DNA from: a virus
Lineage: Duplodnaviria; Heunggongvirae; Uroviricota; Caudoviricetes
Virus record (IMG/VR): IMGVR_UViG_2681813268_000014
Location: 1-6,873 of that record
Reading direction: 5' to 3' (one strand)
Length of the DNA: 6,873 nucleotides
Each line of letters opens with the position of its first letter. The stretch's first letter is position 1. Positions 1 to 5,377 of the stretch are shown here, piece by piece. The notes beneath the pieces are model-generated. The model was not told where the DNA came from and did not search any database. It saw nothing but the letters and a program-made list of their open reading frames with translations. Both the position numbers and the translations under genes were made by a program.

Positions 1-1
1 T

Positions 2-148
2 AGTATTAAGACTATCACTTATTTAAGTGATACTGGTTGTCTGGAGATTCAGGGGGCCAGTCTACGGACATTTTCTGCCTGTGGACCAGGAAAGTGCACG
101 GGTGCTTTCCACTCCCATGAAGCCCGGCAATCCGCGCAGATACAGTAA
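2..148 (+). CDS. 3'-terminal fragment of an upstream phage gene (5' end outside window); function unknown
   Basis: Frame 2 is open from the window edge to TAA at 146-148 (...SACGPGKCTGAFHSHEARQSAQIQ*). Same orientation as and 36 bp upstream of the rusA-Q operon. Absent from the ORF track because it has no in-window start. Confidence 0.3.
   Translation, partial: SIKTITYLSDTGCLEIQGASLRTFSACGPGKCTGAFHSHEARQSAQIQ
13..32. repeat. Perfect 9-bp inverted repeat TATCACTTA-tt-TAAGTGATA (possible protein-binding palindrome)
   Basis: Read directly from sequence; the arms are exact reverse complements with a 2-bp spacer. The TATCAC half-site resembles lambdoid operator half-sites. Lies inside the putative upstream coding fragment. 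Confidence 0.35.
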
Positions 149-184
149 TAAACGAACTGACAGCAGTAAGATGGAGCGTTTCTT

Positions 185-442
185 TTGAACAACCAGACAA
201 TGACTTTTACCCCTGAACAATTGCGTAAACACGCGCAGGAAATGCTGCGTCATGCTGAACAACTCGAAAAAACGGGCATAACAAAAGACGCTATCCGTAA
301 AGATATGGTACCCGCGCTTCGGGAACTGATGCAGGCGAAGCATCGCGCACAGAAAGCAGTAGATGAGCTGGTGGACTGTGTGGCAGAGCTGGAAACCAGA
401 GTCGGAAAGTTTGAAAAACTGGTGCAGGAGGTGCTGCGCTGA
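185..442 (+). CDS. Hypothetical small phage protein (85 aa, charged, helix-rich), first gene of the rusA-Q operon
   Basis: ORF 185..442 with TTG start and GGAG 7 nt upstream (alternative ATG at 200). Stop TGA overlaps the rusA ATG (ATGA at 442-445 region), indicating translational coupling. Confidence 0.55.
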   Translation: MNNQTMTFTPEQLRKHAQEMLRHAEQLEKTGITKDAIRKDMVPALRELMQAKHRAQKAVDELVDCVAELETRVGKFEKLVQEVLR

Positions 443-816
443 TGCGCCATGAGTTTATTTTACCTTATCCGCCGACGGTGAATACTTACTGGCGACGTCG
501 TGACAACACATATTTTGTATCAAAAGCCGGTGAGCGTTATCGCCGGGATGTGGCGCTTATTGTCCGTCAGCAGCGACTGAAATTAAGCCTGTCCGGAAGA
601 CTGGCGATAAAGATTATTGCAGAGCCACCGGATAAGCGCCGTCGTGACCTGGACAATATCCTGAAAGCACCACTGGATGCACTGACACATGCGGGAGTGT
701 TAATGGACGATGAGCAGTTTGATGAAATCAATATCGTTCGTGGTCAGCCAGTATCTGGTGGACGTCTGGGGGTGAAGATTTACCCCATAATGCATGAAGA
801 GCAGGTCAAAAAATGA
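442..816 (+). CDS. rusA: RusA-family crossover junction endodeoxyribonuclease (Holliday junction resolvase)
   Basis: 124-aa product with the RusA signatures LPYPPTVNTYWRRR and DKRRRDLDNILKAPLDALTHAGVLMDDEQ, closely matching E. coli RusA (LPWPPSNNRYYR ... [27 protein letters not shown]) as recalled from memory. Conserved lambdoid position just upstream of Q. Confidence 0.9.
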   Translation: MRHEFILPYPPTVNTYWRRRDNTYFVSKAGERYRRDVALIVRQQRLKLSLSGRLAIKIIAEPPDKRRRDLDNILKAPLDALTHAGVLMDDEQFDEINIVRGQPVSGGRLGVKIYPIMHEEQVKK

Positions 817-1667
817 AACTGGAAGATTTACCGAAATACTACTCCCCAAAATCCCCTTGCCTGACCGATGCATCGGCCTCAACGTCAAAAGATGCGCTGA
901 GTATCACTGATGTGATGGCCGCGCAGGGCATGACACAGAATCGGGCTGAGATGGGGTTTTCTGCGTTCCTGGGGAAAATGGGCATCAGTATGAATGACAG
1001 GGCGCGGGCAACAGAATTACTGGCAGATTATGCACTCAGTCGGTGCGATCGTGTGGCGGCGTTGAGAAAACTTCCGGCAGAAATAAAACCGGTAGTGATG
1101 CGCATTATGGCTTCGTACGCTTTTGAGGATTATGCCCGCAGCGCAGCGAGTAAAAAGCAGTGCCCTTGTTGCTATGGGGAAAAATTTATTGAAAGCGTAG
1201 TTTTTACAAACAAGGTCCAGTATCCGGATGGTAAGCCGCCGGTATGGGCAAAGTGTACGAAAGGTGTGTATCCGTCTTACTGGGAAGAATGGAAAAAAGT
1301 CAGGGAGGTGGTAAAAGTTGCCTGTCCGGAGTGTGGCGGAAAGGGTGAGGTTTCCACCGCCTGTAAGGATTGCCGTGGGCGTGGTGTCGCCATTCATCGT
1401 GAAGAGTCGGTAAAACGTGGTATGCCTGTTATCAGAGACTGCCAGCGTTGTGGTGGTCGTGGCTATGAAAGACTACCATCAACGGAGGCATTTAATGCTA
1501 TATGCGAGGTGACAAACCAGATAACACGCGCGTCATGGGAAAAAACAGTTAAGAAATTCTATGATGCGCTGGTGACTCGGTTTGATATTGAAGAAGCATG
1601 GGCTGAGCGGCAGTTAAAAAAGGTAACTAGGTTGATTTTTCCGGAATCTGTGGTAAATTCGTCATAA
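813..1667 (+). CDS. Late-gene antitermination protein Q-like, large zinc-finger variant
   Basis: 284-aa ORF whose ATG overlaps the rusA stop (ATGA). Contains three DnaJ-like CxxCxGxG motifs (CPECGGKG, CKDCRGRG, CQRCGGRG) plus additional CxxC. Position between rusA and the pR'/tR'/tRNA block is the canonical Q position; family assignment rests on synteny and motifs, not a homology search. Confidence 0.65.
   Translation: MKLEDLPKYYSPKSPCLTDASASTSKDALSITDVMAAQGMTQNRAEMGFSAFLGKMGISMNDRARATELLADYALSRCDRVAALRKLPAEIKPVVMRIMASYAFEDYARSAASKKQCPCCYGEKFIESVVFTNKVQYPDGKPPVWAKCTKGVYPSYWEEWKKVREVVKVACPECGGKGEVSTACKDCRGRGVAIHREESVKRGMPVIRDCQRCGGRGYERLPSTEAFNAICEVTNQITRASWEKTVKKFYDALVTRFDIEEAWAERQLKKVTRLIFPESVVNSS
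1632..1659 (+). promoter_or_regulatory. Candidate late promoter pR' (-35 TTGATT, 16-bp spacer, -10 TAAATT) overlapping the 3' end of Q
   Basis: Sigma70-like hexamers read from sequence, predicted start near 1666-1668. Placement directly after Q and before an intrinsic terminator matches lambdoid pR'/qut architecture. Confidence 0.4.
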
Positions 1668-1731
1668 CTATGGGCGTTTTATGCCTGACGTTAGAAGAGT
1701 TTCTACAACCCGCCGCCGAGCGGGTTTTTTA
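1667..1731 (+). ncRNA. Short pR'-to-tR' terminated transcript (6S-like/StxS-like late leader RNA), predicted ~65 nt
   Basis: Inferred from the predicted pR' start and the intrinsic terminator at 1708-1733. Early-terminated pR' transcripts are known sRNAs in lambdoid and Stx phages. Ends not mapped. Confidence 0.3.
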
Positions 1732-1733
1732 TT
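1708..1733 (+). terminator. Rho-independent terminator tR' (stem ACCCGC/GCGGGT, 6-nt loop, T6 tract)
   Basis: GC-rich hairpin aACCCGCcgccgaGCGGGT followed by TTTTTTATT, read directly from sequence, ~45 bp downstream of the Q stop. Confidence 0.65.
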
Positions 1734-1769
1734 GCGGAATTAATTACGGACCGTTATTATTCTGCTCCC

Positions 1770-1845
1770 GGCCCTTTAGCTCAGTGGTGAGAGCGAGCGA
1801 CTCATAATCGCCAGGTCGCTGGTTCAAATCCAGCAAGGGCCACCA
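1770..1845 (+). tRNA. ileZ: tRNA-Ile2 (anticodon CAU, lysidine-type, reads AUA); phage-borne ileZ-like
   Basis: 76-nt cloverleaf folded by hand: acceptor GGCCCTT/AAGGGCC, D-stem GCTC/GAGC, anticodon loop CTCATAA, T-arm GCTGG-TTCAAAT-CCAGC, discriminator A, encoded CCA. Near-identical in architecture to E. coli ileX, including the C4-G69/C5-G68 acceptor pairs. Confidence 0.88.
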
Positions 1846-1945
1846 TCACAAACCGCCATTAGCTTATCAGGAAGAGCAGACGACACGATAACAGGGTTGT
1901 TGGTGCGGGGGCGGGTCCCCGATGGCGGTCCATTATCGGTATTCA

Positions 1946-2022
1946 GCGTTGTTAGCTCAGCCGGACAGAGCAATTGCCTTCTAAGCAATCGGTCACTGGT
2001 TCGAATCCAGTACAGCGCGCCA
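1946..2022 (+). tRNA. tRNA-Arg (anticodon UCU, reads AGA); phage-borne argN/argO-like
   Basis: 77-nt cloverleaf folded by hand: acceptor GCGTTGT/ACAGCGC (one G-U pair), D-stem GCTC/GAGC, anticodon stem ATTGC/GCAAT with loop CTTCTAA, T-arm ACTGG-TTCGAAT-CCAGT, discriminator G, encoded CCA. Confidence 0.85.
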
Positions 2023-2132
2023 TATTCATTCTTCCAGATTCCTTCCGGCAGAGCCTTATACTGAAATATACCTGGCTCAGGATATTGTTGAAAATATTTT
2101 ATGTTTGTCAAAAATAAAAGTTCTGTTAAGTA

Positions 2133-2486
2133 TTGATTGAGTGTTTGTTATACGGTCTAATGGTTTTTTCAGCATTAAATATTTATCATTCATATGGTGT
2201 GGGTAGAGTGAATATTGATGAGGCGTCGGGGTGTTTCATCCTTAGGCAGCGTATTGATATAGTCAATGCAGCACGAGCAAAGGCCTTCAGCCGTTTGACA
2301 GTTTTGTTCTGTACTCCTGATCGTCTTTCGGGAAGAGACGTTATTATTCTGAATAGTGATGCTATACAGAGGGTTTGCGATGAGTTCATGGTTGCTAATT
2401 CAGAATTATTTGCTCTTGTTCAGGAGTACAACAGAATAGCCAGGACCTGTGGTATGGATGAACTTCGGATTACTCATCTGGGGTAG
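2133..2486 (+). CDS. Hypothetical cargo protein (117 aa from TTG, ~108 aa from ATG at 2160), no recognisable family
   Basis: Longest ORF in the segment immediately downstream of the phage tRNAs, in late-transcript orientation. No strong Shine-Dalgarno sequence; no motif I recognise. Confidence 0.4.
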   Translation: MIECLLYGLMVFSALNIYHSYGVGRVNIDEASGCFILRQRIDIVNAARAKAFSRLTVLFCTPDRLSGRDVIILNSDAIQRVCDEFMVANSELFALVQEYNRIARTCGMDELRITHLG

Positions 2487-2589
2487 ATACATATCTGGAT
2501 TATCACCTGTTACGGTAAAAAGTGATTGCTTACTGTTTTTGTGAATGGCATTGCAGCAGCCGGATAATGTCAGTGCTGGCTGACGGTGT

Positions 2590-2597
2590 GCTGGTGG
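2590..2597 (+). other. Chi site (5'-GCTGGTGG-3')
   Basis: Exact octamer match read from sequence; the only Chi octamer I found on the + strand of this window. Confidence 0.6.
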
Positions 2598-2689
2598 CGG
2601 GTGTGGTGGTTGTTGCTTTCCCGTTGCTGAAAAAGAAAACGCCAGACTGTTAGCCGGGTATCAGTTAGCGGGAGAAATTTTTAAATACT

Positions 2690-2976
2690 TCACAATTCAG
2701 GCGGTTGACTGTTGTCTGGTTTGCGGGGAGTTTGTTAAAAGAAACTGGCATGGTGAATCCCCCTGTGCGGAGGGGCAATCAGCGAGTAGGTATATGGGAT
2801 AATCGCGGATTCAGGTGCTGGTACTGAATTCACCGGGAGGCACCCGGCATCATGCAATGGCACATAGCGCCACTCTCCAGCCCTCTCCGGAGGGGCTTTT
2901 CTGTGCCGGATACATCACAGTTTCTGGAACCTTAGGTACTACAGTATCAGTCAGGGTGCTATATTTTCAGATGTGA
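2690..2976 (+). repeat. Copy 1 of a duplicated structured element (candidate sRNA gene) ending in an intrinsic terminator
   Basis: 2690-2897 aligns to 4798-5006 with one substitution (T2850 vs C4958) and one 1-nt indel in a C-run. Homology resumes after a ~62-bp copy-1-specific insertion (2898-2959) through TATATT...TCAGATGTGA (to 2976). Nested hairpins are listed in the findings. Confidence 0.85.
2879..2902 (+). terminator. Intrinsic terminator at the 3' end of repeat copy 1 (AGCCCTC-tccg-GAGGGGCT + TTTTCT)
   Basis: GC-rich 7/8-bp hairpin with tetraloop followed by a U-tract on the + strand. Confidence 0.6.
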
Positions 2977-3129
2977 TGAAAGCCTGTCAGCAGGCAGGGC
3001 GTATCGGAAATGACCCAGTAGAGAAAACGTTGACTCAGATACCGGTGCTGAGTTACCGGGAAACCGGCATCACATGACCGCTATCCTGAGGTGTACTGGC
3101 AATAGCGGACACTACCATTTGTTCTTTTT

Positions 3130-3948
3130 TTAAGCAGCCATCTGATGATATTTTTCCCTGAAGGCTGCCGGGGAGATATTCCCCAGACGAGAGTGACGAC
3201 GCTGACGATTGTAGAAAATCTCAATGTATTCCCGTATTACTGAGATGGCTTCATCCCGGTTATTAAAACGATAGTGGCTCAGGCTCTCATTTTTCAGCGT
3301 TCCCCAGAAGCTTTCCATCGGAGCGTTGTCGTAACAGTTACCTTTACGCGACATTGATGTTTTCAGACCAGACTGCTCCTGTATGACCCGGTAATCGTAT
3401 GCGCAGTACTGTGAACCTCGATCAGAGTGGTGGATTAGCCCGGCAGGTGGGCGCTGGCTCCTGAGCGCCATAAACAGGGCTTTACCTGTCAGCTCTTTTG
3501 TCATGCGCTCTCCCATGGCGTAGCCGACAATTTCGCACGTATAAACATCTTTGATGCCAGCGAGGTACAACCATCCCTCCTGTGTGGCAACATACGTCAG
3601 GTCCGCCACCCAGACCTGATTTGGTGCTGTAGGAGCGAACGTCTGGTTCAGCAGATTTGGCGCAACTGGCAGATTGTGGTTCGAGTTCGTAGTCGCTCTG
3701 AACTTGCGTTTCTGCTTACAGCGTAGCCTTAGCTCCTTACGAAGACGTGCCAGTCGGTCACGACCAACGATGATGCCATTCTCTGCCAGCTCCGTCTGGA
3801 GCCGCCGGGTTCCATATGTTTCGCGAGTGCGGATATGTGCCACCTTAATCTCCAGTTTTAGCCGCTCATCACTTTGTTTTCTGTCTGAGGGTTCATGCTG
3901 TACCCAGTTGTAATAACCGCTCCTGGATACACCAAATACCTGACACAT
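3130..3948 (-). CDS. IS3-family transposase OrfB (DDE integrase-like catalytic domain), expressed as an OrfAB fusion by -1 frameshift
   Basis: 272-aa ORF from the first ATG; the same frame stays open upstream to the slippery site near 4029-4035. Contains characteristic IS3-family OrfB segments (HHSDRGSQY..., KGNCYDNAPMESFWGTLKNE). Confidence 0.9.
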   Translation of the reverse strand: MCQVFGVSRSGYYNWVQHEPSDRKQSDERLKLEIKVAHIRTRETYGTRRLQTELAENGIIVGRDRLARLRKELRLRCKQKRKFRATTNSNHNLPVAPNLLNQTFAPTAPNQVWVADLTYVATQEGWLYLAGIKDVYTCEIVGYAMGERMTKELTGKALFMALRSQRPPAGLIHHSDRGSQYCAYDYRVIQEQSGLKTSMSRKGNCYDNAPMESFWGTLKNESLSHYRFNNRDEAISVIREYIEIFYNRQRRHSRLGNISPAAFREKYHQMAA

Positions 3949-3983
3949 CGCTTCAATGGGAAATTGTTGTCGCCATTGTTCGA

Positions 3984-4286
3984 TTAACGCGTATTTTTCA
4001 GCGACTCCTGTGCAAAATACGCTGTTGCTTTTTTTAATATATCTCGCTCAAGTCGTGCTTCATTTAAAGCCTTACGCAGTTGCATAACTTCAGATTCCAG
4101 CTCAGCCACTGTGCGGGAGCCTGGTGTATTGAGCCCTTTTCTTGCGGCGGTAACCCATTGTCCTAAAGTGCCTTCAGGAAGAGATAATCGGGAAGCGCCT
4201 TCACTGATCGAAAGTTGATTTTCAGGAACCGTTTTGACGGCTTCGGCTTTAAACTCCGTAGAGTAACGTTGGGTTTTTCTGCTCAT
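3984..4286 (-). CDS. IS3-family transposase OrfA (helix-turn-helix / leucine-zipper DNA-binding protein)
   Basis: 100-aa ORF with AAGGAG Shine-Dalgarno 7 nt upstream of the ATG. Sequence MSRKTQRYSTEFKAEAV...LERDILKKATAYFAQESL is typical of IS3-group OrfA and closely matches what I recall of IS600 OrfA. Confidence 0.9.
   Translation of the reverse strand: MSRKTQRYSTEFKAEAVKTVPENQLSISEGASRLSLPEGTLGQWVTAARKGLNTPGSRTVAELESEVMQLRKALNEARLERDILKKATAYFAQESLKNTR
4029..4035 (-). other. Programmed -1 ribosomal frameshift site A_AAA_AAA linking orfA to orfB
   Basis: T7 run on the + strand equals A7 on the coding strand, positioned in the orfA zero frame as TTA-AAA-AAA-GCA (L-K-K-A). The orfB frame is exactly -1 relative to orfA (coordinate arithmetic from the stops at 3984 and 3130). 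Confidence 0.75.
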
Positions 4287-4797
4287 TATTGGCTCCTTCT
4301 GATGCCATTCTATTTCAGGAAGGAGTGTCCGTTAAACTCAGGCTACCTCACTCCCGTAAAGACGGGAGTCAAGTTCCCGCTCCGACATAACTGCGTGCAA
4401 TGGATTTTGAAGGAACCGTCAGCCCATTCCCCGGAGGCAAACATGGGCTGGCAAAAGTGTAGCGGTATTAGGCACAGCTATTTAGGAAAGAGGGACCATC
4501 TCCATCTCATTAAATGGACCACGCCAGACAATTCACTGTCATGCTGATGCTGCACTGTGGGGACAGAATCACTCATGATGACTTCGATAATCGACGACAT
4601 TATTATTTGGCCGAGCTTTTAGGTCATATCTCAAATCGTTTGCCTAATATTGCTCCATTTTTTAATAAAAAATCAATCATTTTTGAATCTTTGCTTTTCA
4701 TTGCATTGTCAAGCATAGTGTCCCCACTATTTGCTTTTTGAAATTTTTTGTTTACATCAACCAATCCATTATTGATAAAATATTCTAGCACTTTATA

Positions 4798-5032
4798 TCA
4801 CAATTCAGGCGGTTGACTGTTGTCTGGTTTGCGGGGAGTTTGTTAAAAGAAACTGGCATGGTGAATCCCCCTGTGCGGAGGGGCAATCAGCGAGTAGGTA
4901 TATGGGATAATCGCGGATTCAGGTGCTGGTACTGAATTCACCGGGAGGCACCCGGCACCATGCAATGGCACATAGCGCCACTCTCCAGCCCCTCTCCGGA
5001 GGGGCTGTTTATATTGATTTTGTCAGATGTGA
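4798..5032 (+). repeat. Copy 2 of the duplicated structured element (candidate sRNA gene) ending in an intrinsic terminator
   Basis: Aligns to copy 1 at ~99% identity over ~209 bp with a tail match (TATATT...AGATGTGA). A promoter-like TTGATA-N16-TATATC lies at 4772-4799, immediately upstream. Confidence 0.85.
4987..5015 (+). terminator. Intrinsic terminator at the 3' end of repeat copy 2 (AGCCCCTC-tccg-GAGGGGCT + GTTTATATT)
   Basis: Perfect 8-bp GC-rich hairpin with tetraloop followed by a T-rich tract, read from sequence. Confidence 0.55.
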
Positions 5033-5041
5033 GTAAACTCC

Positions 5042-5377
5042 TTATGGACTTTGTTGTTTTAGCCCATAAGGACATATTTGCAGAGTGCAACGGTTATTAA
5101 AGCATTCATTCAATACGTTATCTGTATTTGTAGGGCATTCCTGGCTGTTTTTGATTAAATTCCAGAATGTTTTATTGAATGGTACTACGTTGTAAATGGT
5201 TACAGGTAGCACTTTGTTATTGAGCATGATGCCTGTGTGAGTCAGTGTAAATATACTTTCAGGAGGTAAGAAAGCATCCGATTGATACCAGATTATTAAT
5301 TTTATTTTACTCCATATGACTGAAAAAGATATTCCGCATGATGGCTGGATAACTGTATCAATCACAATCCACTTCAT
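5042..5377 (-). CDS. Hypothetical Cys-rich small protein (111 aa) encoded antisense to the late operon in AT-rich cargo DNA
   Basis: ATG preceded by AAGGAA Shine-Dalgarno at 5-6 nt spacing (coding strand AAACAAGGAAACTAA-ATG). Six cysteines, six AUA codons. Ends 5 bp from the repeat-2 homology tail and 27 bp from its terminator. No family recognised. Confidence 0.4.
   Translation of the reverse strand: MKWIVIDTVIQPSCGISFSVIWSKIKLIIWYQSDAFLPPESIFTLTHTGIMLNNKVLPVTIYNVVPFNKTFWNLIKNSQECPTNTDNVLNECFNNRCTLQICPYGLKQQSP

Larger units (their letters stand above)
3087..4350 (-). mobile_element. Complete IS3-family insertion sequence, IS600-like (1264 bp)
   Basis: Imperfect ~29-bp terminal inverted repeats beginning TGAGGT at both ends (3087 TGAGGTGTACTGGCAATAGCGGACACT...; reverse complement from 4350 TGAGGTAGCCTGAGTTTAACGGACACT...). 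Internal orfA/orfB pair with a -1 frameshift motif. Total length 1264 bp, as I recall for IS600. Confidence 0.85.

Noticed and set aside
15-343. Minus-strand ORFs 15..200 and 62..343
   Set aside because: They lie antisense to the upstream coding fragment and the 85-aa gene, have no ribosome-binding sites, and conflict with the coherent + strand operon.
250-1397. Minus-strand ORFs 250..450, 700..888 and 1017..1397
   Set aside because: They are embedded antisense within the 85-aa ORF, rusA and Q, which carry clear family signatures and translational coupling; they are shadow ORFs.
1846-1945. Possible third tRNA (argN-like) in the spacer between the two tRNAs
   Set aside because: I found no GTTCRANYC T-loop, no 7-bp acceptor helix and no cloverleaf; at most a decayed remnant.
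1824-2111. Minus-strand ORF 1824..2111 (95 aa)
   Set aside because: It overlaps both tRNA genes on the opposite strand and is an artefact of the structured tRNA region.
2186-2389. Minus-strand ORF 2186..2389 (67 aa)
   Set aside because: It is antisense within ORF117, has no start context, and is shorter than the sense frame.
2705-2733. Promoter inside the repeat based on the consensus -35 TTGACT at 2705-2710
   Set aside because: No acceptable -10 hexamer lies at 16-18 bp spacing (only GAGTTT/AGTTTG), so it is likely a chance -35 match.
2976-3077. 33-aa ORF (MKACQQAGRIGN...) between repeat copy 1 and IS600
   Set aside because: It has no ribosome-binding site, is short, and has no counterpart next to repeat copy 2.
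4353-4372. 8-bp-stem hairpin ACTCCCGT-aaag-ACGGGAGT abutting the IS600 right end as a terminator
   Set aside because: No U-tract follows on either strand; it may be a structural insertion target but is not a convincing terminator.
3674-4547. Plus-strand ORFs 3674..3913 and 4215..4547
   Set aside because: The first is antisense inside the transposase orfB; the second begins inside IS600 and runs across its right terminal repeat into flanking DNA, so both are artefacts.
4514-4741. Plus-strand ORF 4514..4741 (75 aa)
   Set aside because: It lies in very AT-rich DNA, has no ribosome-binding site, begins directly after an in-frame stop, and has a low-complexity product; a weak candidate only.
2690-5032. 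Retron msr/msd, CRISPR array or type III toxin-antitoxin repeat RNA as explanations for the duplicated element
   Set aside because: There is no reverse transcriptase, cas gene or endoribonuclease ORF nearby, no short tandem repeat-spacer periodicity, and no a1/a2 flanking inverted repeats; there are only two long copies 2.1 kb apart.
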